From Myxococcota bacterium (lineage in GTDB: Bacteria > Myxococcota_A > UBA796 > CAJQPC01): a DNA stretch of 52,910 bases. Below the pieces are notes generated by a model, which was given only the letters and a program-made list of their open reading frames with translations, searched no databases and had not been told where the DNA came from. The position numbers and the translations under genes were made by a program. Below are positions 27,280 to 37,459 of this stretch, in pieces. The stretch spans positions 1 through 52,910 of the forward strand of contig DASCPX010000053.1 of assembly GCA_036012755.1 (NCBI GenBank), given 5' to 3'. Every line of letters begins with the position of its first letter. Within the stretch, counting starts at the first letter, position 1.

Positions 27280-28938
27280 ATGCTCCTCCTCCTCGCCATC
27301 GCCTGTCTCTCCGAGAACCAGCTCCACGCGGACCAGGAACGTCCGCCCGAGCCGTCGATCGCCGTCACCTCTCCGGCCAGCGGCAGTTGGCTCGCCGAGG
27401 GCACCGCAGAGGTCCAGGGCAGCTTCGCCAACCTCTACCAGCTCGACGTCAACAACTCGACCGTGACCCCCAACCCCGCGGAGGGCACCTTCGCCAGCAC
27501 CATCGAGCTGCGCCGGGGCATCAACACCATCCAGGCATACGGCGAGACCCAGGACGGCGAGGGCTGGCGCTACGACCGCGTCGCCGTGCTCGCTGGCGAC
27601 TACGCCGATCCCGGCTACCCGGTCGAGGACGCCGTCGGCATCCGCTTGAACCAGAGCGGCCTCGACGCCGCGGTCGACTTCGTGGCCGGCATGGTCGACG
27701 ACGAGACCGTCGCCGAAACCGCCATGGGCATGAACCCCATCTACGAGGACAGCTACGGCGTGCTCGGCTGGGACGCGGTCGACATCGAGGCTCGCATCGA
27801 CGACCTCACCTTCGACGACCTCCGGATCGCGGCCACCCCGAGCGAGGACGAGCTCGAGCTCAGGGTCGTCATCCCCGACTTGTTCGTCGACCTCCAGGCG
27901 GTCGGCGAGATCGTCTGGATCGACTTCGACGTGGACGCCTCTATCTGGGCGGACCAGGCGGTCATCACTCTCGGCCTCGGCGTCGACACGGACGACGGTG
28001 ACCTCGTCGTCGATCTCCTCTCCAGCGAGGTGGACCTCGTCGGCTTCGGCTACGACACGTCCCTGTTGCCCGGGGATGTCGAGTCCTACCTCTTCGTCTC
28101 GACCATCAGCGAAAAGCTCGAGGGCATGCTGCTCGAGCAGACCGAAGAGCAGGTCCCCCCCCTGTTGGCCTCCACGCTGGGCGACCTCGATCTGTCCACC
28201 GAGCTCGAGCTCATGGACACCCCCGTCTCCCTGGCCGCGACCTTCGCCTCCGCGTCGATCGACGACGACGGCATCCAGCTCTTCGCCGACGTCGACGTCC
28301 ACAGCCCGACCAGCGGCAGCCACACCTACGCTGGCTACCTCTCCGCCCCCGTCGACCTCGCCGTCGACCACGACGCCGCGCTCTCGATGGCGATGGGCGA
28401 CGACATCCTCAACCGCCTCTTCTTCGAGCTGTGGAAGGGCGGTCTGATGGACATCAGCCTCTCGACGGACGACGGCACGATGAAGCCCGAGTTCCTCGCC
28501 GGTCTCAAGGCCGAAGAGGGCACCGTCACCCTGAACCCGCTCCTCCCGCCGGTCCTGGTGCAGCACGACGAGGGCATGGAAGTCCAGATCGGCGCCTGCG
28601 AGGTCACGGTGTCGACTCCTGGCGGCGACCTCGGCGAGCGCCTCGTGGCCGACCTGAGCATCACGATCCACGCCGCCCTGGCCTACAGCGACGGCAAGGT
28701 GGTGCTGGAGCTCACCGACCCGCAGATGGACCTCATGGTCAAGGAGTCCGACTGGGGCGCCATGCCGGAGACCGTGACTCAGATCCTCGAGCAGCTCATC
28801 CCTGTCGGCGAGCTCACCAGCGCCTTGGGTGACATCGCCATCGACGTGCCGGAGATGGACGGCATCGCGATCGACGGCGCCACCGTCAAGCGCGACGACA
28901 GCCGCCTCGGCACCCACGTCGAAGTCGACCTGGACTGA
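27280..28938 (+). CDS. Lipoprotein with Ig-like domain and probable BPI/LBP (TULIP) lipid-binding fold
   Basis: MLLLLAIA-C; IAVTSP..GTF..ELRRGINTI (Ig-like); AVGIRLNQSGLD (BPI N-like); MAMGDDILNRLFFELWKGGLM..LLPPV (BPI C-like). Confidence 0.6.
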   Translation: MLLLLAIACLSENQLHADQERPPEPSIAVTSPASGSWLAEGTAEVQGSFANLYQLDVNNSTVTPNPAEGTFASTIELRRGINTIQAYGETQDGEGWRYDRVAVLAGDYADPGYPVEDAVGIRLNQSGLDAAVDFVAGMVDDETVAETAMGMNPIYEDSYGVLGWDAVDIEARIDDLTFDDLRIAATPSEDELELRVVIPDLFVDLQAVGEIVWIDFDVDASIWADQAVITLGLGVDTDDGDLVVDLLSSEVDLVGFGYDTSLLPGDVESYLFVSTISEKLEGMLLEQTEEQVPPLLASTLGDLDLSTELELMDTPVSLAATFASASIDDDGIQLFADVDVHSPTSGSHTYAGYLSAPVDLAVDHDAALSMAMGDDILNRLFFELWKGGLMDISLSTDDGTMKPEFLAGLKAEEGTVTLNPLLPPVLVQHDEGMEVQIGACEVTVSTPGGDLGERLVADLSITIHAALAYSDGKVVLELTDPQMDLMVKESDWGAMPETVTQILEQLIPVGELTSALGDIAIDVPEMDGIAIDGATVKRDDSRLGTHVEVDLD

Positions 28939-28940
28939 GC

Positions 28941-30314
28941 ATGCACGCCCTCATCGCGCTGGCCTCCGCCGCCAGCCTGGACCAGCTCGAGGTCGGCGGG
29001 CTCTACGGCACACCGACCGACACCGGCGCCACCGCCGTGTGGTGGAGCCCAGGGGCTCTCGCCGGCGACACCGGCTTCCGCAGCCACATCGAGGTCGCGG
29101 GTCTAGACGCCACGATGAGCTTCACCCGCTCGGGCCCGGGCGGCGGACAGGACATCTACCTCGAGCGCGGCGCCCTCCCCTACGCCGGGCTCGCCTGGGG
29201 CAAGGACCTCGGAGGAGCCGGTCACCTCGGCATCGGCGCGGCGCTCGTCGTGCCCCAGGTCCGAGGTGGGACCAGCACGGTCGAGAACGGCCCCGGCCGC
29301 TGGGCCATGGAGAAGGGCCGCATCCAGGCGCTCTACGGCCTCGGCGCCATCGCCTACCGGCCCCACCCGGCCATCGGCGTCGGCCTGATCGGCGGCGTCA
29401 TCGACTCCTCGTGGACCGCCCGCAGCGACAAGGACACGATGCCGGACCTCGGCCACGCCATCGAGCGGGAAGGCGGGACGAACACCTACACCGACGAGAT
29501 GTTGGAGGACGACGACTACGCGGTCCAGCTCGACTTCCAGCTGAAGGACACGGCGCTGACCGGCGGCTTCGGCGTCTGGGTCCAGCCCCACGATCGCGTG
29601 CGCATCTCGGCCACCTACATCCACGGCGCCAGGGTGGACAACACCGGCCCCGTGACGATGCGCTTCAACTGCCCGACGCAGACCGACACCGTCGGACGCT
29701 TCGCCACGGAGAAGCAGGGTCTCTGCGACGCCGACGTCAACAGCACCGCTTCGGTGAGCTACCGCCTGCCTCCTCGGGTGCACGGCGGAGTCTCCTTCGA
29801 CGCCACCGAGACCCTTCGCATCGAGGCCCTTGGCGGTTGGGTCGGCTGGAGCCGCTACGACGACTTCGACATCGCCGTGACCGACCCGGTCAGCGAAAAC
29901 AGCGAGCTCTCCGAGTCCGCCGTCGAGTCCATCACAGAGGCCCACCCCTGGGCCCGCGACAACAAGGACGCCGCCTGGGGCGCCATCGACATCAAGGGTC
30001 AGCCGATTCCATGGATCACCCTGGGTGGCCGAGTCGCCTACGACAGCGCCGCGGTCCCCACTCACGCGCTGTCACCGAACAACTACGACGCCAACACCTG
30101 GATGCTGTCGGGGCTCGTGGCCGGTCATCCCGGTCGCTGGACTGTCGGCCTGTCCTACACCCACTTCCTGGCACAGGACCGCACGGTCACCGACAGCAGC
30201 TACTACAACAGCATCGAGTCACCGCCGGAGACCCGCTGGAACTACTCCCAGTCCGCCGGGACCTACGAAGGCGACATCAGGCGCGCGGCGCTGGTGGTCC
30301 GCTTCGAGCAGTAG
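28941..30314 (+). CDS. FadL/OmpP1/TodX-family outer-membrane transport protein
   Basis: DTGATAVWWSPGALA hatch motif; amphipathic beta-strands; LPPRVHGG, WVGWS, GGRVAYDSAAVP; ends in VRFEQ. Confidence 0.8.
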   Translation: MHALIALASAASLDQLEVGGLYGTPTDTGATAVWWSPGALAGDTGFRSHIEVAGLDATMSFTRSGPGGGQDIYLERGALPYAGLAWGKDLGGAGHLGIGAALVVPQVRGGTSTVENGPGRWAMEKGRIQALYGLGAIAYRPHPAIGVGLIGGVIDSSWTARSDKDTMPDLGHAIEREGGTNTYTDEMLEDDDYAVQLDFQLKDTALTGGFGVWVQPHDRVRISATYIHGARVDNTGPVTMRFNCPTQTDTVGRFATEKQGLCDADVNSTASVSYRLPPRVHGGVSFDATETLRIEALGGWVGWSRYDDFDIAVTDPVSENSELSESAVESITEAHPWARDNKDAAWGAIDIKGQPIPWITLGGRVAYDSAAVPTHALSPNNYDANTWMLSGLVAGHPGRWTVGLSYTHFLAQDRTVTDSSYYNSIESPPETRWNYSQSAGTYEGDIRRAALVVRFEQ

Positions 30315-30731
30315 TCAGCGCGCGTAGACAGAGGTCTTGAACCTGGCTCGCCCGCCCTTGCACTGGCCGGCTCGGCAGACCTTGAACTTCACCTTGCCCG
30401 AGACCCCGTAGTCGCCCATCTTGCCGGCTCGGTAGGGCACCTCGACCGTGTAGACGGTGCCGTCCTCGTTGAGCGACCCGTCTTCCCGGTGCATCGTCGA
30501 CTGCCCCCACTGCACGTCCTTGGGCGGGGACCTCATCGACACCTTGATGTCGTACTCGTTGTCGAGGCGGTAGCCGTCGGTGGCGTAGATCACGATCCTC
30601 ACGTGGCCGCGCTCCCCGATGGCCGCCCTGCCGGAGTAGACCTGCACCTCGTAGCCCTCCTTGGCGACGGTCGTGCCGAACTCGTTGTCGTTCCGACCGC
30701 CGAACGAAAGGGCGATGAGGGTGAGAAGCAT
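30315..30731 (-). CDS. Small secreted Ig-like protein (DsbD-N-like)
   Basis: GGAGG SD; GYRLDNEY, VSGKVKFKVC...C C-terminal motif. Confidence 0.6.
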   Translation of the reverse strand: MLLTLIALSFGGRNDNEFGTTVAKEGYEVQVYSGRAAIGERGHVRIVIYATDGYRLDNEYDIKVSMRSPPKDVQWGQSTMHREDGSLNEDGTVYTVEVPYRAGKMGDYGVSGKVKFKVCRAGQCKGGRARFKTSVYAR

Positions 30732-30763
30732 GGGACCTCCGGTTGCGCATGATAGCGACACGC

Positions 30764-32563
30764 ATGCTGTTGACCCTGTTCCTTGCCTGCCCGAAACCTG
30801 CCGAACCCGAGCTCCCCGCTGCGCCGCCCCCGATCGGCGATGTCGCCCAGTCCTACATCGACTCCTACCAGTCGCGCATGGCGCCCTTGGCGCTCGAGGC
30901 CCAGGAAGCCGAGTGGGCCGCCAACACCCGCATCGTCGAGGGCGACGAGACCAACAGCCAGCGCGTGGTCGCCGCCTGGGAGGCTGTCTCCGAGCTCGGC
31001 GGCAGCGTCGAGACCGTCAAGACCACGAGGGACCTGCTGAGCCACCGGGACGAGCTCGATCCGCTGGTCGTCAAGCAGCTCGAGGCCATCCTGCGCGGGG
31101 CCGCCTACGCACCGCAGACCCGCCCGGAGCTCGTGAGCCGGAAGATCGCCGCAGAGGCCGCCCACAATGAGAAGCTCTACGGCTTCGAGTTCAGGCTCGA
31201 CGGCGAACCCATCACCCCCAACGAGATCGACAGGCTGTTGGCCGAGAGCACTGACCTCGCCGAGCGCCAGGCGGTCTGGGAGGCAAGCAAGGAGGTTGGC
31301 CCGGAGCTGAAGGAGGGACTCGCAGAGCTGCGCGACATGCGCAACGAGACCGTCGCGGAGCTGGGCTACGACGACTTCTATGCCTTCCAGGTGGCCGACT
31401 ACCGGATGTCATCGGAGGAGATGCTGGAGATGATGGACCGCCTCAACACAGAGGTGCGTCCGCTCTACAGGGAGCTCCACACCTGGGCCCGCTACGAGCT
31501 CGCCGAGCGCTACGGCGTCGACGAGGTCCCCGACCAGCTCCCGGCCCACTGGGTGCCCAATCGCTGGGGCCAGTCCTGGGCGCCGATGGTGGAGGTCGAG
31601 GGGCGAGATCTCGACAGCGCCTTCGCCGAGAAATCCCCCGAGTGGATCCTCGAGGAGTCAGAGGCGTTCTATGTCTCGATGGGCTTCTCGCCCTTGCCGG
31701 CGACCTTCTGGGAGCGCTCGAGCATGTACCCGGTGCCAGAGGGCGCCGAGTACAAGAAGAACACCCACGCCAGCGCCTGGCACGTCGACCTGGACCAGGA
31801 CGTCCGCTGCCTGATGAGCGTCGAGCCCAACGCCCAGTGGTACGGCACCTCGATGCACGAGCTCGGACACATCTACTACTTCATCGAGTACAGCAACGAC
31901 GAGGTGCCCATCGCTCTCCGAGAGGGCGCCAACCGGGCCTTCCACGAGGCGGTCGGCTCGCTGATCGGCCTCGCCGCGAAGCAGCAGCCCTTCCTCGAGG
32001 GCCGGGGCCTGATCGCCGAGGGGGCGGAGCCGGATCCCGTGCAGATGCTGCTCGCAGAGGCCCTGGACATGATCGTGTTCATCCCCTTCGCGGCGGGGAC
32101 GATGTCCAACTTCGAGCACGACCTCTACGCCGAGCCCCTGTCGCCCGAGATGTTCAACGCCCGATGGTGGAGCTACGTAGAGAAGTACCAGGGCATCGCG
32201 CCACCCACGGATCGCGGCGAGGAGTGGGCCGACGCGCTCACCAAGACCCACATCAACGACGACCCCGCCCAGTACTACGACTACGCCCTGTCGAACATCC
32301 TGCTGATGCAGCTCCACACGCACATCGCCAACGAGATCCTCCACATGGACCCGCGGGCCACGAACTACTGGGGCAGCACCGAGACCGGGGACTTCCTCAA
32401 GGGGATCCTGCGTCCAGGCGCCACCCGCGACTGGCGGGGGCTGCTCGTCGAGTCCACTGGATCCGACCTCAGCGCGACGCCGCTCTTGGACTACTTCGAG
32501 CCGCTGATGGAGTGGTTGAAGGCCGAGAACGAGGGCCGGACACACACCCTTACAGAAATCTAA
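30764..32563 (+). CDS. M2 family peptidyl-dipeptidase A (ACE-like) lipoprotein
   Basis: LPAHW..NRWGQSW, HASAW, HELGHIYY, REGANRAFHEAVG, YQGI.PP..R, YFEPL..WL. Confidence 0.93.
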   Translation: MLLTLFLACPKPAEPELPAAPPPIGDVAQSYIDSYQSRMAPLALEAQEAEWAANTRIVEGDETNSQRVVAAWEAVSELGGSVETVKTTRDLLSHRDELDPLVVKQLEAILRGAAYAPQTRPELVSRKIAAEAAHNEKLYGFEFRLDGEPITPNEIDRLLAESTDLAERQAVWEASKEVGPELKEGLAELRDMRNETVAELGYDDFYAFQVADYRMSSEEMLEMMDRLNTEVRPLYRELHTWARYELAERYGVDEVPDQLPAHWVPNRWGQSWAPMVEVEGRDLDSAFAEKSPEWILEESEAFYVSMGFSPLPATFWERSSMYPVPEGAEYKKNTHASAWHVDLDQDVRCLMSVEPNAQWYGTSMHELGHIYYFIEYSNDEVPIALREGANRAFHEAVGSLIGLAAKQQPFLEGRGLIAEGAEPDPVQMLLAEALDMIVFIPFAAGTMSNFEHDLYAEPLSPEMFNARWWSYVEKYQGIAPPTDRGEEWADALTKTHINDDPAQYYDYALSNILLMQLHTHIANEILHMDPRATNYWGSTETGDFLKGILRPGATRDWRGLLVESTGSDLSATPLLDYFEPLMEWLKAENEGRTHTLTEI

Positions 32564-32593
32564 AGTCGGCGTTGTACGTGCCGATTGGGGGGC

Positions 32594-33175
32594 ATGCTCA
32601 GCCTGATTATCGCCTGCTCGACCGCTCCGGAGACCGCCTCGGTGGTGGACGCCTGCCCAAGCTACAGCGGCCTTGGTGCACCCGGTAGCTGGCGCCGCTG
32701 GGAACAGGACGACGGCAGCCGGATGGAGACGATGGTCTCGGCCCGGCACATGAACCGCCTGGGCTTCGAAGACCTCCTCGTCGACACGGTCCTGGAGACG
32801 GACGACGCCCGCATCGATCTGCACGTCGTGGCGCGCTGCGATGAGCAGGGCATGCACCACCTCGGGGCGGAGGTGACCACCTCATCCGACGGCGAGGTCG
32901 TGCTCAACGACGTCGCGCTCGGAGAGCTGGTGTTGCCACACGACGTCGGGCTCGGTGACGAGCTCCCGGACGGCGGGCTCGTCGTCGGTTCCGGGACTCA
33001 ACCTGCCGGTGACCTGCTCGTCGACGCGCTCGAGGTCCACTACGAGCAGACCGGGGCTGCGTGTTCGGACACCACGGTCTGGTTGAACTCGGAGCTGGGG
33101 ATGGTGCGCAGCGAGGGTGACCCGGACTGTGACGGCGAGACCGACGTGACGGAGCTGGTCCGCTTCGGGGACTGA
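32594..33175 (+). CDS. Hypothetical lipoprotein
   Basis: MLSLIIA-C; C-terminal WLNSELGMVR beta-hairpin motif. Confidence 0.65.
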   Translation: MLSLIIACSTAPETASVVDACPSYSGLGAPGSWRRWEQDDGSRMETMVSARHMNRLGFEDLLVDTVLETDDARIDLHVVARCDEQGMHHLGAEVTTSSDGEVVLNDVALGELVLPHDVGLGDELPDGGLVVGSGTQPAGDLLVDALEVHYEQTGAACSDTTVWLNSELGMVRSEGDPDCDGETDVTELVRFGD

Positions 33176-33231
33176 GCACTTCCGAGCCCCGGACAGGCTA
33201 CGCTGCTTGGCCCCGGAGGAAGCCCGCGGCC

Positions 33232-34428
33232 ATGTCGAGCGAGGAGGTCTGCGCCACAGGGGCCTTGTGGAACCGACAAGGCGTGCCTCGCCATCGGTGG
33301 GTGATCTGGATGAGCGCGTGGCTGTTCTTGCGCCTGACGCTGACGCCGCTGATGAGGGTGAAGGTGGGCGGCGAGGAGCACGTCCCCGAGACCGGCGGGG
33401 CGATGCTGCTGGCGAACCACGCTACCTTCTTCGACTTCCTCCTCTGCTTCTGGGGGGTGGGCCGACCAACCTCCGGCATCGGCAGCGAGCAGGTCTTCCG
33501 CCTGCCCGTGGCGGGCTGGGTGCTGAAGCAGCTCAACGGCATCCCCTTCTCCAAGGGCGCCAAGGACAGCGCCGCGGTGCGCGCCCTGGCCGAGGCATAC
33601 GAAGGTGGCGCCATCATCGGCATGTTCCCAGAGGGCATGCGCTCCTGGACCGGGGAGCCCCTTCCCATCAAGCGCGGCACCGGGCGGCTGGTGAAGAGCC
33701 TCGGATGCCCCGTGATCTACTGCCGCGTCATCACGGGCTTCCTGCAGCATCCTCGCTGGGCGACCTGGCCGCGCCTGGTGCCCTGGCACATGGAGTACGC
33801 CTACGAGGAGTTCCCACCGGAGGCCACTGCAGAGGAGATCAACGCTGCTATCGCGAGGGGGCTGGCCATCGACCCAGAGGCCGTCGAGCTCCCTCCGGGA
33901 TCCTGGGGGTTCCGCCTCGCAGAGGGCCTGCCCGAGTTCCTCTGGGCCTGCCCCAGCTGCTTCGCCACGGAGACCCTGTCAGTTCCGTCCGACAAGGACT
34001 GCGTGGTGTGTTCGGCCTGCTCCCACCGCTGGCGCATCGATCTGCGCTGCCAGATGCTCGGGGACACGCCCGAGACGCCGACCTTCAGCGTGGCCGAGGC
34101 TCGCCATCGACTCAGCGCGCACTTCCCCCTCGACGCAGAGGTCGTCTGCGACGACATGCACGTCACAGGTGTACAGCGCGGGCGGCTGCGAGAGGAGCAC
34201 GTCGCCAGCGGAGCGGCCCGGCTCACCGACGAGGGCTTGGAGGTGCACGACGGTGACGAGATCCTGTGGACCCTCCCCTACACCGAAATGACAGCGGTCC
34301 TGCTCCAATTCCGAAACGCCCTGCAGATCCGCACAGAGGACGCGAACTACCAGCTGGATCCCCGCGGCCAGAGCCGCCTCCGCTGGTACCACTTCCTCGG
34401 GCTGCGCACGACTGACATCGCGGGATAG
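33232..34428 (+). CDS. Lysophospholipid acyltransferase (PlsC-like) with C-terminal Zn-ribbon
   Basis: NHATFFD (HX4D), FPEGMRS, KRG; CPSC...CSAC. Confidence 0.88.
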   Translation: MSSEEVCATGALWNRQGVPRHRWVIWMSAWLFLRLTLTPLMRVKVGGEEHVPETGGAMLLANHATFFDFLLCFWGVGRPTSGIGSEQVFRLPVAGWVLKQLNGIPFSKGAKDSAAVRALAEAYEGGAIIGMFPEGMRSWTGEPLPIKRGTGRLVKSLGCPVIYCRVITGFLQHPRWATWPRLVPWHMEYAYEEFPPEATAEEINAAIARGLAIDPEAVELPPGSWGFRLAEGLPEFLWACPSCFATETLSVPSDKDCVVCSACSHRWRIDLRCQMLGDTPETPTFSVAEARHRLSAHFPLDAEVVCDDMHVTGVQRGRLREEHVASGAARLTDEGLEVHDGDEILWTLPYTEMTAVLLQFRNALQIRTEDANYQLDPRGQSRLRWYHFLGLRTTDIAG

Positions 34429-34479
34429 CATCGCCCCCCCGACGGACGGTACTGATTCACTTCCTCCCCCACACCAGGT

Positions 34480-34595
34480 AGTGGAGTCGGCCAGTCCGGG
34501 GCGGGATTACGCACGAACTCGGCCGCTGTCGAGCCAAAGTTGTTGGGCTCGGCGGCCAGGAACAGACCCCCTGGACGAAGCATGTGATTGACTCC
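34480..34595 (-). pseudogene. Possible fragment of a class I SAM methyltransferase
   Basis: HMLRPGGLFLAAEPNN resembles the post-motif LxPGG..EP strand; no start or upstream domain. Confidence 0.35.
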
Positions 34596-34614
34596 GCGTC
34601 GCCTGCTGGCGGCG

Positions 34615-36287
34615 TCAGCTGGGGAGACGGTCGAGCACCGCGCCGACCGCCTCGGCGTCGCGGATCCGACCGAGCCCAAGGTACTGGTCCTGCGCGAAGC
34701 CGTAGATCCGCCGGGCCCGATCCAGCTTTCCGGCAGCCAGGGTGAGGTCCCCGGAGAGCTCGGCCACCCTAGCGTTGTCGATGTCGACGTAGGAGGTACG
34801 CCGGATGACCTCGGTGGCCTTGCGGAGGTGGCGGTCCCAGGCGTCCCAGTCGCGCTCGACCGCCGAACAGGCCGTCAACGCGATGTGGAGGTGGGAACCC
34901 AAGAGGGGGCTCAGGCCCCGCCTGATCTCGCCGAGGATGCCGATGAAGGTGCGCTTGGCCTCGGTGTACCGCTCGCGCTCCAGCAGCACGAAGCCGAGGT
35001 TGGCCCGGGCGATGGCGGTGGAGGGCTTTCCGACCGCGGTGAGGGCCTCCAGAGAGCGCCTGCTTGAGCATGAAGCGACCACGCTGGGCCCGACCCTGGA
35101 TGCAGTGGGCCTGGCCAAGGCTGCGGCGGCACTTGGCGCGCATGCGGTCGTCGGTGGCACAAGCGAGCGCGTCCTCCAGGAAGCCCTGGGACTCGCTGAC
35201 GCGGCCCTCTCGCAGAGCGTGGCGAGAGCGGAGGTGCAGCGCAACAGAGCGCATGTCGTCCCACTCGTTCTGCACCGAGACGCGAACGAGCCTCAGCAGC
35301 GACTCCTTCGACTCGTCGTAGCGGCCAGCCATGTAGAGCTGCTCGGCCTGCAGAGCCCAGCCCGCGGCCCAGCGTCGGTCGGTGCCCGGCAGGTCGAGGA
35401 CTCGGAGCGCACGCTCCCGGTACTCGAGCAGTCGCCCGGCCCGCCCCGCGTCTCCCTCGGTGAGGGCGGCACCCGCAGCCTCGAGCAGCACCTCCAAGGC
35501 CTCGTCGGTCTGCCCAGCCAGGAGCAGGTGGCGACCGAGGCGCTCGGAGCGCTCCCCTGCTGCCTCGAAGACGGCGGCACAGGCCCGGTTGTGCCGATGC
35601 AGCCGGCGCCGGTCCCGGGCGTGTCGAACGAGGGCCTCTCGGAACATGGCGTGGGCGAAGACGTAGCCGTCTTCCGTGGCTCGAAGGAGTCGCTCGTCGA
35701 GCAGTCGACCGACGAGCAATGGGCTGGGCCGAACGCCACTGAGCCTGCAGACCTGGTGCCAGAGGTCCCGCTCGAGCCGCATGCCGAGAACCGCCGCGAT
35801 CTCGATCGCCTTGGCCTCCTCTCCACGGAAGAGGCCGAGGACGCGGTCGACCTTGTCACGCCAGACCTCGTGGAGGTCCGCGGGCAGCTCGACTTTGGCG
35901 CCCTGGCGGAGCCTGAAGCCCCCTTTGCCGACCTCGAGCAGGCCCCGATCCCACGAGAGCTTGCCCTTGTAGCTGTGGAGAGAAGCCCCTCGGATGAGCT
36001 CCATCACGAGGTAGGGCGCACCTGGCGTCAACGGAGGCGGCCCGGCGGTCTCGACGAGCCCGTGGTCGAGCACCGGCACGATGCCGGGGTGGTTCAGCCC
36101 CGACGAAGCGCGGACCTCGTTCTCGAAGAACTCGACCGCCCAGTCCTCGCGCATGCGGGCGGCGAGTGAGGAACTTGATTGCGACCTCGGCCGACTGCCC
36201 GAGATGCCGGGCCTTCCACACCTGTCCCATGGCCCCTTCTCCAATGGGCTCTTCCAGGACGAACGGGCCGATTCCGAGAACGGACAC
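34615..36287 (-). pseudogene. Degraded Ser/Thr kinase-(ATPase)-TPR gene
   Basis: GEGAMGQVW..VAIK; frameshift ~36164; NHPGIV..YLVMELI, then a jump at ~35950 with no HRD/DFG and no P-loop; second frameshift ~35052. Confidence 0.8.
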
Positions 36288-36331
36288 GACCCGATGGTAC
36301 CTACCCGAGACGCCTCGGATACAGTTGTCGT

Positions 36332-37459
36332 GTGCCGTTGATCCTGCTCGCCTGCCTGCCCTCCCTCCCGTCAGCGTCGGATGAACCCTGCAAGGCCTTC
36401 GAGCTGTGCAACGACCTCGACGACGACTGCGACGGCGCGATCGACGAGTCTCCAGAGGACGGGATCTGGTGGGGGCTCGACGAGGACGAAGACGGCTACG
36501 GCTCCGCCGAGGACCCTGTGCTCGCCTGCTCGGCGCCCCCGACCCGTGTCCCGTCCACCTCCGACTGCGATGACAGCGACCCGGAGGTCAACCCGGGCGC
36601 GGAAGAACACTGCAACGACCTCGACGACGACTGCGACGACGAGATCGACGAGGACGCCATCGACGCGCCGATCTGGTACGTCGATGACGACGGCGACGAT
36701 TGGGGGGCCGCGGAGGACGTGATCTACGACTGCGCCGAGCCCTGGGGCTACACCGACAGGGCCGGGGACTGCGAGGACCACAGCTCCTCGATCCACCCGG
36801 AGGCCGACGAGTACTGCAACGGGATCGACGACGACTGCGACGAAGCGGTCGACGAGGACGCCGTCGACGCGGACAGCTGGTGGGTGGACGCTGACGGAGA
36901 CGGCTACGGCGACCCCGACAAGGAGCTGCTGTCCTGCTCGATGCCGACAGCGACCGTGGACAACGACGAAGACTGCGACGACGGGGACAAGGCGGTCAAC
37001 CCTGGCACCACAGAAGAGTGCAACGCCGTGGACGACGACTGCTCCGGCTGGATCGACGACAACGACGCCTGCAGCTGCGACACCCACTGGAACGACGACG
37101 GCGACCCCTATCTCTTCTGCATCGACCTGAGTTGGGAGTGGTTCGCCGCGCAGAAGGGCTGCGCATCGGTCGGCTACCACCTCGTCACGATCGACGACGG
37201 GGACGAGAACGACTGGGTGACCGACGTGCTGGAGACCAAGAGGCAGGACGACTGGTGGAGCGGCTACAACGACCGCGACAAGGAGGACCACTGGGTGTGG
37301 GAGGACGGCTCGTCGTCGACCTACACCAACTGGGCGGACGACCAGCCGAACGACTGGGGCCTGGGCCAGGACTGCATGGAGCTCTTCTCCTCCTGGACCG
37401 ACACCTGGAACGACGCCGACTGCGACAGCGACAAGCGCTTCATCTGCGAGCTGGACTGA
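36332..37459 (+). CDS. Lipoprotein with MopE-like repeats and C-terminal C-type lectin domain
   Basis: VPLILLA-C; ~4 repeats; YLFC..W..A...C...GYHLVTIDD..EN, WSGYND, NW..DQPND, DC, WNDADC..RFICE. Confidence 0.88.
   Translation: MPLILLACLPSLPSASDEPCKAFELCNDLDDDCDGAIDESPEDGIWWGLDEDEDGYGSAEDPVLACSAPPTRVPSTSDCDDSDPEVNPGAEEHCNDLDDDCDDEIDEDAIDAPIWYVDDDGDDWGAAEDVIYDCAEPWGYTDRAGDCEDHSSSIHPEADEYCNGIDDDCDEAVDEDAVDADSWWVDADGDGYGDPDKELLSCSMPTATVDNDEDCDDGDKAVNPGTTEECNAVDDDCSGWIDDNDACSCDTHWNDDGDPYLFCIDLSWEWFAAQKGCASVGYHLVTIDDGDENDWVTDVLETKRQDDWWSGYNDRDKEDHWVWEDGSSSTYTNWADDQPNDWGLGQDCMELFSSWTDTWNDADCDSDKRFICELD

Noticed and set aside
37090..37459. C-type lectin domain as a DGR target
   Set aside because: No template repeat or RT in the window; it looks like a classical Ca-binding CTLD.
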